From a virus: a stretch of DNA of 42,855 bases. The notes beneath the pieces are model-generated. The model ran no database searches. It was not told the DNA's origin and saw only the letters and a program-made list of their open reading frames with translations. The DNA lies in the UHGV virus genome UHGV-0159603; one strand, given 5' to 3'. Both the position numbers and the translations under genes were made by a program. Positions 1 through 8,872 of this stretch are shown one piece after another (the stretch's first letter is position 1; each line of letters begins with the position of its first letter).

Positions 1-46
1 TTAACAGCTAACTCATAGCAAGTCATTCCTATTCAGATACTAACTC

Positions 47-80
47 AACCCTCTGTTTTTACAGAGGGTTTTTGTTTTTA
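47..80 (+). terminator. Hairpin terminator AACCCTCTG-tttttA-CAGAGGGTT plus T-run; near-identical copy at 40395..40422, so candidate attL region
   Basis: Stem 47-55 pairs with 62-70, T-tract 71-80; shares AACCCTCTGTT and ACAGAGGGTTTTT blocks with the right-end hairpin. Confidence 0.45.
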
Positions 81-135
81 TGTATTCATTTCTATTCACT
101 CTACACCATATTTTTCGGCGGTACAGGTGACGGTA

Positions 136-150
136 TTACCTTAAAGGTAT
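136..150. promoter_or_regulatory. TTACC-TTAAA-GGTAT dyad motif upstream of int (member of dispersed TTACC-N5-GGTAA family)
   Basis: 15-mer identical to the reverse complement of the copy at 15603..15617. Confidence 0.4.
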
Positions 151-192
151 ACTCTCATACCGTCATGAAAATGGTTTCTATACGGGTGAATT

Positions 193-1449
193 GTGCTTAC
201 CGATACAAAATTAAAAAACCTCAAGCCGCAGGACAAACTGTACAAGGTCTCCGATCGTGACGGGCTGTATGTAGCTGTGCTTACGTCAGGCACGGTCTCG
301 TTTCGTTATGACTACCGTATCAACGGTCGCCGCGAAACACTGGTAATCGGGCAGTATGGGCGTGACGGTATCAGCCTGGCAGAAGCGCGAGAAGAACTGA
401 TTGCTGCAAAGAAGCTGCTTAAAGCAGGCCAGTCGCCGGCTGCGGCTAAGCGTGACGGTATCAAAAAGATTCGTGGTGCCGAGACGTTTGCGGTACATAC
501 CGACAGTTATATGAAACACGTCATCCTGGCTGACAGTACCCGCGCAATGAAGCAGGCGGTGATCGACCGTGACATACTTCCGGTTCTTGGCAACAAAATG
601 ATGGCTGAAATTACCACATCGATGGTTCGTGATTTGTGTGACCGGATTGTCGAACGCGGTGGTCGGGCAACAGCAGTACAGGCCAGGGAGATCATCAGCA
701 GCGTATACCGTCACGCCAATGACCGTGGTCATGGTTTGTTGAATCCTGCGGCTGACATTAAACCTTCGTCTATCGCCATATTTAAACCACGAGAGCGAAC
801 ACTGACACCAGAAGAAATTGGCCTGTTCTTCCGCACGCTGGATGCCATTGGTGCTATGGGCACTATGAAAATGGCTTTAAAGCTGGTGCTTATCACTATG
901 GTTCGTAAAGGCGAATTCACCAATGCAACGTGGGATGAAATAGATTTTAAAAAATGGACATGGACAATTCCTTCAGACCGCATGAAGGGAAGCCGGGCGC
1001 ACGTTATTTACCTGCCTAAACAGGCACAGGATATATTGGTTGGGTTGCAGATGTGCGCTGGTGGAAGTGAATATCTGGTTCCTGGTCGTTACAATTTCCG
1101 GAAGCCATTATCTAATGCCGCGCTGAACTCTCTGATCGACAGAACGGTGAAAATAATAAATGAAGATGGTGAGCATATTCAGGACTTCACCGTACACGAT
1201 ATGCGCCGTACAGCAAGTACGTTGTTGCATGAGGCTGGTTATCCTTCAGACTGGATTGAAAAGGCTCTGGCACATGAGCAGAAAGGTGTGCGCGCCGTAT
1301 ATAACAAAGCGGAATACGCCAGACAGCGCGCCTACATGTTGCAGCAGTGGGCCGATATGATTGATTCCTGGATTAACGGGGAGCATACGGATCTGATTCC
1401 GTTCTCCCCGTCGAAGTTTGAGAGGTGGATGGAAGACAGTAATAAATAA
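193..1449 (+). CDS. int: Tyrosine site-specific integrase, P4-like family (GTG start)
   Basis: N-terminus MLTDTKLKNLKPQDKLYKVSDRDGLYVAV typical of P4-type integrase arm-binding domain; C-terminal HxxR...Y catalytic region; position at prophage end. Confidence 0.9.
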   Translation: MLTDTKLKNLKPQDKLYKVSDRDGLYVAVLTSGTVSFRYDYRINGRRETLVIGQYGRDGISLAEAREELIAAKKLLKAGQSPAAAKRDGIKKIRGAETFAVHTDSYMKHVILADSTRAMKQAVIDRDILPVLGNKMMAEITTSMVRDLCDRIVERGGRATAVQAREIISSVYRHANDRGHGLLNPAADIKPSSIAIFKPRERTLTPEEIGLFFRTLDAIGAMGTMKMALKLVLITMVRKGEFTNATWDEIDFKKWTWTIPSDRMKGSRAHVIYLPKQAQDILVGLQMCAGGSEYLVPGRYNFRKPLSNAALNSLIDRTVKIINEDGEHIQDFTVHDMRRTASTLLHEAGYPSDWIEKALAHEQKGVRAVYNKAEYARQRAYMLQQWADMIDSWINGEHTDLIPFSPSKFERWMEDSNK

Positions 1450-1451
1450 TT

Positions 1452-2111
1452 CTATCCTTCCTGGACTTTGGTAAGCGTCAGATTTCCGCAGAACACTGCG
1501 CCGGTGTCGATGTACATCTGGTTTGCATACACCAGTGGGTGATGTGCTGGCGTATGACCGAAGATGAACAAATCGGCACCGGTTATCTCCGAGACAATAC
1601 CGTCCTGCGCGTCGCTAACCCGCTCACGATTCCATATCACCATTTCTTCTGGCACTGGCTTATCGAATGCGTATTCGTTGTGCGGGTAGTCTGCGTGACA
1701 GATGACGACCTTCTTATTGCCGGTAACCAGTTCGATAATCATCGGGAGGTTGTTAATCTTTGGCAGAAGGTATTTGAGTTGCACATCCTGCTCAGAATCA
1801 AGTTGGTGCCACCATCCACCGCCGTTTGACATCCAATGTCCGAAACTTCCGCCGTTGACCAGTGCATCCAGCATCATCTGCTCATGGTTGCCACGAACAG
1901 CTCGGAACCACGGCATAGTAATCAAATCCAGGCATTCGACGTTTTCAGCGCCGCGGTCAACAAGGTCACCAACGGAAATAAGTAAATCGCGCGCCGGGTC
2001 GAATGAAACTTTGTCGAGTTCGTTCATCAGCAGCGTGTAGCACCCATGCAGATCGCCGACGACGAAGATATTGCACCAGTCAGCGCCATTGATGCGTTGA
2101 TATAGGTTCAT
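1452..2111 (-). CDS. Ser/Thr protein phosphatase, lambda PPase (NinI-like) metallophosphoesterase
   Basis: GDLHG and GNHE metallophosphatase motifs; start refined to ATG at 2111 (MNLYQRING...), ATGA overlap with upstream gene. Confidence 0.8.
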   Translation of the reverse strand: MNLYQRINGADWCNIFVVGDLHGCYTLLMNELDKVSFDPARDLLISVGDLVDRGAENVECLDLITMPWFRAVRGNHEQMMLDALVNGGSFGHWMSNGGGWWHQLDSEQDVQLKYLLPKINNLPMIIELVTGNKKVVICHADYPHNEYAFDKPVPEEMVIWNRERVSDAQDGIVSEITGADLFIFGHTPAHHPLVYANQMYIDTGAVFCGNLTLTKVQEG

Positions 2112-2758
2112 GCAGCACGCTCCCGTCCCTGGTTGTCTGTTGGTGACAGCGGAGCATTGCTGAATGCATTTGTTAATCCGCCAATATCCAACGCGTATCC
2201 AGGGTGTAGTTGCACTGCCGGGTCTTCGCACTGATTACCCCAAACATCGAAGCCATGAGACGTCTGGCGGGCGAACAGTTCAATGCGAGAAACATCGCCT
2301 AATAATTGCACAAGTTTTTCACGAACGATATCTGGCTTTCTTGAATGCTCAAGCCGCGGTGCGGTAAATGACTGAACGATCCCTGCATTAATGCGCGTAG
2401 GTAGTTTTCCCTTTACCGCAAACAGGCAATCTTCACTATTGGCGCGAGTCATGTGTCCCATACCCATAACAAGTTTATCTGGTTGTCGACTACCACATTT
2501 TATCCACGTGAAGCCCTTCATCGTCATCAGACGGAATCCCCAGGCTTCAACAACTTTTAGTGCTTCGAGTGGTTGTGTTGGCACCCACCACATGGCCAAC
2601 AGACAGTTTTCATCGGCCAAATCCCACACGGGAAGGCGGCAGATATCCAGCACACTCATAACCGGATATTTAAAACCGGCACCGCGATTACCATCTGCGG
2701 CTTTGTCCCGGTATACCCAGGGTGGATCTGCATAGATTAGTGTGTATTTCTTAGTCAT
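2108..2758 (-). CDS. MT-A70 family N6-adenine DNA methyltransferase (orphan)
   Basis: YADPPW motif near N-terminus; start ATG 2758 (alternative GTG 2770). Confidence 0.8.
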   Translation of the reverse strand: MTKKYTLIYADPPWVYRDKAADGNRGAGFKYPVMSVLDICRLPVWDLADENCLLAMWWVPTQPLEALKVVEAWGFRLMTMKGFTWIKCGSRQPDKLVMGMGHMTRANSEDCLFAVKGKLPTRINAGIVQSFTAPRLEHSRKPDIVREKLVQLLGDVSRIELFARQTSHGFDVWGNQCEDPAVQLHPGYALDIGGLTNAFSNAPLSPTDNQGRERAA

Positions 2759-3050
2759 AAACCACCCCACAACATCCTATGCCGCTATAGTCGCCACGGC
2801 GAAGGCCGTTACCTTTTGTGATACATTGGTCCCTGCGAACCGCGATCCTTGCACGTTCAACATCACCAGAAGCAACATCCATACACTGAAGCCAAAGGTG
2901 AGCGGCAATGCGGAACTGCCCTTTTTTCTCTCTTTCAATCGCGCGTTTTTCGATCTCTATCGCCGCAGGAGTAACGGCGACAATCTTTGACGGACTGCGC
3001 ATTGAAACCTTATTCATGTGATATTTTTCAAGTCGGCTTAACTTTCTCAC
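2751..3050 (-). CDS. Hypothetical small protein in leftward early operon
   Basis: ORF between AlpA-like gene and methyltransferase on same strand; start uncertain (GTG 3050 or internal ATG). Confidence 0.3.
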   Translation of the reverse strand: MRKLSRLEKYHMNKVSMRSPSKIVAVTPAAIEIEKRAIEREKKGQFRIAAHLWLQCMDVASGDVERARIAVRRDQCITKGNGLRRGDYSGIGCCGVVYD

Positions 3051-3159
3051 TTAATCCAACCCTCTCTGAAAATTAATGCCAGCAGATAAAGCCATGCTGA
3101 AACAGAGGCCAGGAATAAGTACCATCCTGACCATTTGCTCCAGTGCCTTAGCAGCGCAC

Positions 3160-3408
3160 TCATGCAGCGTTGCTCACGGGACGATATACACGTTGCTGAA
3201 CAGGAGGTTTTTTACCCTGGAACTCTGCCGGGCTTGCTGCCTGACGTTCATCAAGCCAACGCTCAACTTCGTCACGGTTCCATGCGCAGCGTTTGTCAGT
3301 GATATACCAGCGTTTAGGAAATTCCCCTGCGCGCTCCATACGGTCGATAGTGCTCCATGACAGTGGCACCACCGCCAGGAGTTCCTTCTTACCTAATGCA
3401 CCTTTCAT
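3160..3408 (-). CDS. AlpA-family DNA-binding protein (excisionase/transcriptional regulator)
   Basis: 82 aa, MerR/AlpA-like HTH pattern (LSWSTIDRMERAGEFPKRW...RDEVERWL); RBS AGAGAGG before ATG 3408. Confidence 0.7.
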   Translation of the reverse strand: MKGALGKKELLAVVPLSWSTIDRMERAGEFPKRWYITDKRCAWNRDEVERWLDERQAASPAEFQGKKPPVQQRVYRPVSNAA

Positions 3409-3430
3409 AAATACCTCTCTTGGTTGCAGT

Positions 3431-3449
3431 GCGGCGCGTGTGGCGCCGC
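3431..3449. promoter_or_regulatory. GC-rich inverted repeat GCGGCGC-GTGTG-GCGCCGC between bet and the AlpA-like gene
   Basis: Perfect 7-bp arms, no T-tract on either strand; possible protein-binding site or RNA structure. Confidence 0.3.
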
Positions 3450-3457
3450 GGTGGTGG

Positions 3458-4399
3458 TTACATAGATGTTTCGTTTAATTCTTCCCGACGAACGCTGTAA
3501 ACGTCGGTGGCTTTTGCCAGCAGTTCGTCATCATCTGAAAGTTTTTGTGCAATGTATTTGTAAGCCTTATCCAGTTCGGAGACAGTGCTGTAATTCATCG
3601 CTGCGCTGGTAAAGGCCATCAGCATTTCTTCTGGATCACGGCTATCCGCTTTACGAGTTTGCTCATCAGGCTTTTTCACTGGTTTAGCGTTGATCAGACT
3701 GTTCATTCCCGCAGCAGTGGTCGTTTGCGGAGTAATGTCTCGCTCAACGCGCGGTGCCGTTTCCTGTAACTCGTCTGGTGTGTAGACGCCCATGATTACG
3801 TCAGGACAGTGCAAGCGAGACCAGCGTTTTGTCGCAAGGTATGCGAGTTGTTGTTTCGGATCACTGGCCCAAAGTGTGGAGTTTCTTACCTGTGCTTGAG
3901 ACAGCATTAACTCAAGCACTCGAGGTTGATCCTCGCCCTTCATGGTTGCCCATACGCGAACACCGCAGCCTTCTTCGTCTTTTAGAGTCCAGCCTGGTGC
4001 GATATATGGATTGCCGTTTTTGGATGTTTTCTCAACAAACTTACCGATCACGCGTTCCCACGGCCCGAACCACTCGTAGTTGATGCGATCTTTTGTTGGC
4101 GACATCGTTGAGATAACTGCGTTTACTAATTGGGCTTCATAACCTAGCGTGCCGTTCACAACATGGGTTTTCTGAGCCACGGCAAACGGGTTCATTCCCC
4201 ACTGCGCAGCCTGCATTGCCACGGCCATGCAATCAGCTGGTTTCCCGGCGAGGTGCGCCGGTACCGTTACGCGGCTTTGCGCCATTACCTCGGCGAATTT
4301 CATCAGTTGGTTCAAGCCGTCTGGGCTGAAAATAGTTGCAGCAGTTCCAGCGATTGCTGTGTCTACTGGTGCGTTGATGTTTGCGATGTCGTTGCTCAT
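3458..4399 (-). CDS. bet: Single-strand annealing recombinase, lambda Bet (Red-beta) family
   Basis: C-terminal region resembles lambda Bet (PERDITP / ..RDITPQ, WSRLHCPD..); start refined to ATG 4399 with AGGA RBS and ATGA overlap with exonuclease. Confidence 0.7.
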   Translation of the reverse strand: MSNDIANINAPVDTAIAGTAATIFSPDGLNQLMKFAEVMAQSRVTVPAHLAGKPADCMAVAMQAAQWGMNPFAVAQKTHVVNGTLGYEAQLVNAVISTMSPTKDRINYEWFGPWERVIGKFVEKTSKNGNPYIAPGWTLKDEEGCGVRVWATMKGEDQPRVLELMLSQAQVRNSTLWASDPKQQLAYLATKRWSRLHCPDVIMGVYTPDELQETAPRVERDITPQTTTAAGMNSLINAKPVKKPDEQTRKADSRDPEEMLMAFTSAAMNYSTVSELDKAYKYIAQKLSDDDELLAKATDVYSVRREELNETSM

Positions 4400-5217
4400 A
4401 TGTACATATCCTGTTTGCGTGCCCACTCAGGGCGTTTAATGATTTCCACACCGCCCCATTCATCATTTATGCGGCATTCGTGATAGGTATTCAGATCCCG
4501 GCGGAACAGAGCGTTCCCGGCATCGACATCCGGCGCATCCAGCTCGAACACGCGTACCGGATACCGACCACAATCAATGCTTTCGCTCACGGCAAGAAAG
4601 AAAAAACCATGCGGCTGACCAGTAACCCTCATTGCGCCTTCGCGGTACATTGCGTCCTGCACGTGGTAGCGGAATTCCTCGATGTGGCGTGCAAAACGGT
4701 CCATATCTGCAACCTTTTTCACGTCGACGATCACGTTGTGCTCGTTCAGCCATTTGTCTGGACGAATGCGGCACAACTCACCAGTCTCTTCATCATTCCA
4801 GTACATTGATGCTTCGCAGTAACCAGGTGCTTCCAGCATCCAGCGTGCCGCCGGGTGAGCCATTGCGCTATCACGCATCAGCTCCAGTTTCCGCCACTGC
4901 TCGGCATCAAGTACCGTAATCCCCATATCCGCTACATCACGAAGAAATGCTTCTTCGTCAGCTTTACCTTGTTTCGTCCGACGATCGAACTTCGGTGAAA
5001 CAATGAAGCGTTTGTCGAATTCTCCAGGCTCCAGAAGCAGACAGTGCAATGCGGTTCCAATATCCAGTGCAGACTTTTTCTCTTCGTCTTCTGGTGCTGC
5101 CTGGACCCATTTAAGAAGCGCCGGATTCTTGGCAACCATGTCCAGTTGCGACTTACTCACGCCGTCACCGGCGTGGTAGTCTTCGTTGCTGATGTCGAAA
5201 TAAATTCCCGGTTTCAT
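4396..5217 (-). CDS. PD-(D/E)XK-family exonuclease (recombination partner of Bet, DUF3799-like)
   Basis: 273 aa, immediately upstream of and translationally coupled to bet; RBS AGAGGGA. Confidence 0.55.
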   Translation of the reverse strand: MKPGIYFDISNEDYHAGDGVSKSQLDMVAKNPALLKWVQAAPEDEEKKSALDIGTALHCLLLEPGEFDKRFIVSPKFDRRTKQGKADEEAFLRDVADMGITVLDAEQWRKLELMRDSAMAHPAARWMLEAPGYCEASMYWNDEETGELCRIRPDKWLNEHNVIVDVKKVADMDRFARHIEEFRYHVQDAMYREGAMRVTGQPHGFFFLAVSESIDCGRYPVRVFELDAPDVDAGNALFRRDLNTYHECRINDEWGGVEIIKRPEWARKQDMYI

Positions 5218-5513
5218 GCCGCGTCCCTCTGTCCATCAAGCTGATCCGCCAGATCCCAGCGGGCGATAATTGCCATTGCCTCTCGCCGATAGGCATCCAT
5301 CAGTTCTTCGAACTCAGGGCTGTCTTTAGCAGCCTCCAGTACTTCCTGACGAACGCCTTTGCCTGTTACAACGTCAAAAGTTGAGGACAGTTGATGAAGT
5401 CGGATGCTCTCAATCAGTTCAACTTGTCGGTCATATAGCTGTTCTGACAGGCGGTAGTCCTTGTCGAATGCCAGCATGATTTTTTGAAGATTTTTCTGCT
5501 GATTAACGTTCAT
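5214..5513 (-). CDS. Hypothetical protein (early-left operon)
   Basis: Start ATG 5513 preceded by GGGAGGG RBS; ATGA overlap with exonuclease gene. Confidence 0.5.
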   Translation of the reverse strand: MNVNQQKNLQKIMLAFDKDYRLSEQLYDRQVELIESIRLHQLSSTFDVVTGKGVRQEVLEAAKDSPEFEELMDAYRREAMAIIARWDLADQLDGQRDAA

Positions 5514-5515
5514 TA

Positions 5516-5668
5516 TCAGCCCTCCCATATCTCGTTATCGTTGGCCACATCGCGAGCTTCTTTGCTGACGAAAGCCCACTTAATGCCTTCCTGTAAGGTG
5601 CGGAACTTCCAGCTCATGAATCCGCATGCAGTAACGCAGTACCAACCGTTGATGATTTTCCACTGCAT
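5516..5668 (-). CDS. Small hypothetical protein, 50 aa (MQWKIINGWYCVTACGFMSWKFRTLQEGIKWAFVSKEARDVANDNEIWEG); below the ORF-track size cut-off
   Basis: ATG 5668 with GAGGT RBS 8 nt upstream; stop TGA 5516-5518 abuts next gene RBS; first gene of leftward operon. Confidence 0.4.
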   Translation of the reverse strand: MQWKIINGWYCVTACGFMSWKFRTLQEGIKWAFVSKEARDVANDNEIWEG

Positions 5669-5687
5669 AACTTGTTACCTCGGTCTG

Positions 5688-5764
5688 TTACCGTTGAGGT
5701 AATAATTATGCGTATCTGGTTTGATGTCAATAGATATGAGTTAAAAAAATTACCCGTTAGGTAA
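5688..5764. promoter_or_regulatory. Leftward early promoter/operator region (OL-like) with two TTACC-N5-GGTAA sites (5688..5702, 5750..5764)
   Basis: TTACCGTTGAGGTAA and TTACCCGTTAGGTAA between repressor terminator and first leftward gene. Confidence 0.55.
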
Positions 5765-5775
5765 TCGAATAGGCA

Positions 5776-5799
5776 ATAAAAAAGCCGCCATAAGGCGGC
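5776..5799 (-). terminator. Rho-independent terminator downstream of repressor gene
   Basis: GCCGCC-ATAA-GGCGGC hairpin followed by T-run on minus strand. Confidence 0.65.
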
Positions 5800-5821
5800 T
5801 TACTTACTGAAAAATATGATT

Positions 5822-6406
5822 TTATTGTTTGTTTTTTTCGTTCTGGTTGATGACAAATTCAATGTAACTTTCGATCTTTGCTTTCTCGGTTTCGGGTAAC
5901 AATGCGTAGCGCGAGCGGTCATAGTTGATAGTCGCAGGGTCGTGCGGGTGAATCAGTAATTCATAGCCATGACGCCCGAATGCGGATGCAACATTCTCCA
6001 GGGTGGAAATGGAAACGCTGACCTCATTGTTTAACAGGCGGCTGATTGTCACCTGGGCGACGCCGGATGCGCGGTGAAGTTTTCCCTGTGTTGAAAGGTC
6101 GCGGCTTTCGCTCATCCAGCGTTCCAGGTTGTGAGCCGCCAGCTGACCAATGTCGCTTGGTCCGACAGGCTGAAAACCCTCCTGAGAAAGCGAGCGATCG
6201 ATATCAAGCCAGTTACGTGGTTTATTGGCGACAGCTTCAATTTTTCGCGCAACCTGGTCGCCGATAACCTTCTTGCCAAGAGCCCAGCGGTTTACCAGAT
6301 TTGCCTGAGTTCCAAGTTTTTCAGCCATCCGCGTCTGAACACCATTGAATTCACGGTCGATCAAGTCGTTGAGATTTTGCCTGCGGACGTCCTGGATACT
6401 TTTCAT
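5822..6406 (-). CDS. Prophage repressor (CI-like), tandem HTH domains, no recognisable S24 peptidase autocleavage domain
   Basis: Two XRE-like HTH segments; divergent from Cro-like gene across an operator-rich 154-bp intergenic region; no GDSM-type serine motif. Confidence 0.6.
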   Translation of the reverse strand: MKSIQDVRRQNLNDLIDREFNGVQTRMAEKLGTQANLVNRWALGKKVIGDQVARKIEAVANKPRNWLDIDRSLSQEGFQPVGPSDIGQLAAHNLERWMSESRDLSTQGKLHRASGVAQVTISRLLNNEVSVSISTLENVASAFGRHGYELLIHPHDPATINYDRSRYALLPETEKAKIESYIEFVINQNEKNKQ

Positions 6407-6461
6407 TTTCTGGAAAATCGCCTCATATCTGAATCAGAAGATGATTCAATTTAAAGCAATA

Positions 6462-6524
6462 TTACCCAACAGGTAAATGCACCTCATGGGTAACTATCCT
6501 TGATTTTTGTTACCTTATAGGTGA
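6462..6524. promoter_or_regulatory. Divergent promoter/operator region (OR-like) with three dyad sites: 6462..6476 TTACCCAACAGGTAA, 6479..6493 GCACCTCATGGGTAA, 6510..6524 TTACCTTATAGGTGA
   Basis: Three copies of the TTACC-N5-GGTAA dyad between divergent repressor and cro-like genes, mirroring lambdoid OR1-3. Confidence 0.65.
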
Positions 6525-6560
6525 ATATTTATTATCTGAAATAAATATCAGGCAATAGCT

Positions 6561-6791
6561 ATGAGCGATAACGGACATTTCGATTTCAAAAAGCACTGGC
6601 TTGCACTTACTCCGGATGAGCGTGAAGCCTTCGCACAGGAAGCCGGAACGACGAGTCACTATATCCAGACTCACTTAACAGGTAAGCGCAAAATGCCAGG
6701 TAAGGTATTGATGAATGGGCTTTTTAAAGCCTGTAAATCAAGACAATGGCTGCGCTCAAAAGCAGAACTGGCATACTTCTTCTACTCATGA
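6561..6791 (+). CDS. Cro-like / YdaS-like HTH regulator
   Basis: 76 aa, divergent from repressor, HTH-like segment AGTTSHYIQTHLTGKRKMP. Confidence 0.5.
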   Translation: MSDNGHFDFKKHWLALTPDEREAFAQEAGTTSHYIQTHLTGKRKMPGKVLMNGLFKACKSRQWLRSKAELAYFFYS

Positions 6792-6813
6792 TATCCAGCC
6801 ACAACCCTCTGTA

Positions 6814-6836
6814 GACCGCCATCCGGCGGTCTTTTC
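6814..6836 (+). terminator. Rho-independent terminator after cro-like gene (tR1-like)
   Basis: GACCGCC-ATCC-GGCGGTC followed by TTTT. Confidence 0.6.
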
Positions 6837-6846
6837 ATATCTATTC

Positions 6847-6861
6847 GCACCTCAAAGGTAA
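6847..6861. promoter_or_regulatory. Dyad motif GCACC-TCAAA-GGTAA
   Basis: Member of the dispersed TTACC-N5-GGTAA family, between the tR1-like terminator and the next gene. Confidence 0.4.
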
Positions 6862-6941
6862 TAAAAAACCAAATCTGGTTGATCTTTTTTTTGTGTCAGC
6901 ACAAAATGACCGTAATCCCAATACTAATAACAGGGCTTACC

Positions 6942-7142
6942 ATGGAAATCATTACACGTATTGATGCCGCAAAGCGCGGACTTAAACGCTATTACACCGG
7001 AAAACAATGTAAGCACGGACATGACAGTGAACGCTGGGTTTACAACGGACACTGTGTTGAGTGCACCATGGAATCAAACCGTCGTATCAGGGCAGAGATT
7101 AAGCAGATCATGATTAATTCCTCCCCACAACATTCAAGCTGA
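6942..7142 (+). CDS. Small Cys/His-rich (putative zinc-binding) protein at the cII-equivalent position
   Basis: MEIITRIDAAKRGLKRYYTGKQCKHGHDSERWVYNGHCVEC...; start ATG 6942 with AGGG RBS. Confidence 0.45.
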   Translation: MEIITRIDAAKRGLKRYYTGKQCKHGHDSERWVYNGHCVECTMESNRRIRAEIKQIMINSSPQHSS

Positions 7143-7157
7143 TAGCGGAGATTAATC

Positions 7158-7973
7158 ATGAGCAGACATGCAACAGATTGGGCCTGGGAGACAGATCCAG
7201 GTAGCTCGTCATTAAAGCTCATACTGCTCTCGATGGCTGACAGAGCAGATGAATATAACCTCTGCTACCCCAGCATAGAACGCCTCGTTAAAGACACTTG
7301 CCTGAATAAAAAAACCGTGCAGGCCGGACTTATATCGCTCATGAAAATGGGGCTTATTTCAGATACCGGAGAGAGAAAGGGAGCGACGAAAAGAGTGCGG
7401 GTTTTCTCTCTTAATATAACCAAAAACGGGAACATTAAAGGCAACCGGGAAGGGGGTAATGAACCCGAAAACGGTAATGTTACCGAAAACGGGAATATAC
7501 CCAAAAACGGGATGTTGAATGATCCCAAAAACGGGATGTTGAATGATCCCAAAAACGGGATCCAGAACCAGTCATATAACCAGTCATTTAACCAAGAGAG
7601 GGAGAGCAGGACAAAAACCGGGGATTCTGTGCCTCATGACCCCGGCGCAAACAACGCCGTGATGAATAACTTTGTTCCTCCTGGTGGGCCAGGGCAATTA
7701 GGCAAATTTGTCATGCATGAACAATGGCAGCCATCAGATGACTTTCTTCGGAAAAGCTCATTGCAGGGGATCTACCTGGACAGTCTGCCAACGGCACAGG
7801 AACTTGCAGAGTTCAGAATTTACTGGATGGCTGAGGGTAAGGCATACCATCAGGCACAGTGGGAGCAGAAGCTGGCAAGGCGGCTGCAGATTAGCAGACA
7901 GAAGCAATCAACATTACCTGATAACAACGTTCCGCACTGGAACAGCCCTGAAGCATGGGAGGATTTCTTGTGA
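7158..7973 (+). CDS. Replication initiator (lambda O-like role) with iteron-containing central region
   Basis: N-terminal HTH-like replication-initiator domain; origin-type iterons inside the gene; immediately upstream of P-like gene. Confidence 0.55.
   Translation: MSRHATDWAWETDPGSSSLKLILLSMADRADEYNLCYPSIERLVKDTCLNKKTVQAGLISLMKMGLISDTGERKGATKRVRVFSLNITKNGNIKGNREGGNEPENGNVTENGNIPKNGMLNDPKNGMLNDPKNGIQNQSYNQSFNQERESRTKTGDSVPHDPGANNAVMNNFVPPGGPGQLGKFVMHEQWQPSDDFLRKSSLQGIYLDSLPTAQELAEFRIYWMAEGKAYHQAQWEQKLARRLQISRQKQSTLPDNNVPHWNSPEAWEDFL
7420..7560. repeat. Replication origin iterons: six direct repeats CC(A/G)AAAACGG(G/T)A
   Basis: Copies start at 7420, 7465, 7483, 7501, 7525, 7549 (spacing 18-24 bp), followed by ACCAGTCAT x2 AT-rich segment. 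Confidence 0.65.
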
Positions 7974-8755
7974 ACAACGTTTTTACCGCGATACAAAACC
8001 GTGACGGAGAAGCCCTTTCTCGCATGTCAGGTTATGAGCATCAGTACACCAACAATGACAACGTGGTGAACATGTCAGCAGAGAGGCTTGTTGATGCCCT
8101 TTTCAAACAGCTGAAACAACTGTTTCCGGCGGCAGTGGTAACCAACCTGAAGACGCCAGAGCAGGAAGTTGCTGCAAAACAGCAGTGGATTGCTGCGTTT
8201 GCCGAAGGGGGGATCCGAACCCGTGAACAGGTTTCTGCTGGTATGCGCCACGCCCGCGCCAGTGAATCTCCGTTCTGGCCGTCGCCTGGGCAATTCATCA
8301 AGTGGTGCAAAGACAGCAAGATGGTTCTTGGCGTCACCATTGACGATGTGATGGCGGAGTTTCACCGGTACAGCAAGGAAAAAAGTTTATATCCTGGTGG
8401 TCCCGAAAGATTTCCGTGGCGGCATCCGGTTATGTACTGGGTCGTATGTGATACCCGCCGTGCAATGTATCAGCGCCAGCTTAGCGAGATTGAGGTTGAG
8501 AAACACGCGCGCAGGCTGCTCGATGATTGGGCGAAAAAGGTGGCTTCCGGACAGCAGATACCCGATCCGGTGATCAGCATACAGGCAAAGCCAGAACCCA
8601 TGAGTACGCCTCCGGACACAGGGAGAGACGTTTACCATCCACCAGGGCGAAGTTTCGGGTGCATGCCTAACGCCGCCACCCTTGGGGGAATAACACCGGC
8701 GCAGTGGCTGATGGAGGAATACAGGCGGGGAAAGGCGGCAGGATTTATCAAGTAA
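7970..8755 (+). CDS. Replication protein P-like (DnaB helicase loader)
   Basis: EQVSAGMRHARASESPFWPSPGQFIKWC closely resembles lambda P EQVNAGMRVARRQNRPFLPSPGQFVAWC; GTG start 7970 with GGAGGA RBS, GTGA overlap with O. Confidence 0.75.
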   Translation: MNNVFTAIQNRDGEALSRMSGYEHQYTNNDNVVNMSAERLVDALFKQLKQLFPAAVVTNLKTPEQEVAAKQQWIAAFAEGGIRTREQVSAGMRHARASESPFWPSPGQFIKWCKDSKMVLGVTIDDVMAEFHRYSKEKSLYPGGPERFPWRHPVMYWVVCDTRRAMYQRQLSEIEVEKHARRLLDDWAKKVASGQQIPDPVISIQAKPEPMSTPPDTGRDVYHPPGRSFGCMPNAATLGGITPAQWLMEEYRRGKAAGFIK

Positions 8756-8792
8756 TACCAGCGCGATAGCGCATTTTTTTACGTCTATATGA

Positions 8793-8869
8793 TTACCTGG
8801 AGGGTAATAAAATGTTCTAATCTCTATTGATTTCATGTCTTATGTGGTTTTTAATTACCTAAGGGGTAA
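8793..8869. promoter_or_regulatory. Two dyad sites (8793..8807 TTACCTGGAGGGTAA; 8855..8869 TTACCTAAGGGGTAA) upstream of nin-like gene block
   Basis: TTACC-N5-GGTAA family; second copy overlaps the RBS of the 8873 gene. Confidence 0.5.
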
Positions 8870-8872
8870 ATC

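Noticed and set aside
72-260. 62-aa plus-strand ORF overlapping the integrase start
   Set aside because: Overlaps the att/promoter region and the integrase N-terminus in another frame; no RBS; likely spurious.
6802-6812. 11-bp match CAACCCTCTGT to the att-region hairpin arm, inside the cro terminator region
   Set aside because: Single short match with no partner arm; could be chance (about 2% expectation) or a relic; insufficient to call a recombination site.
7265-7552. 95-aa minus-strand ORF with repeated MGSFNIPFLG peptide
   Set aside because: Its repetitiveness is a by-product of the origin iterons inside the O-like gene on the other strand.
8387-8836. 149-aa minus-strand ORF overlapping the P-like gene
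   Set aside because: Antisense to a confidently identified replication gene; no independent signals.
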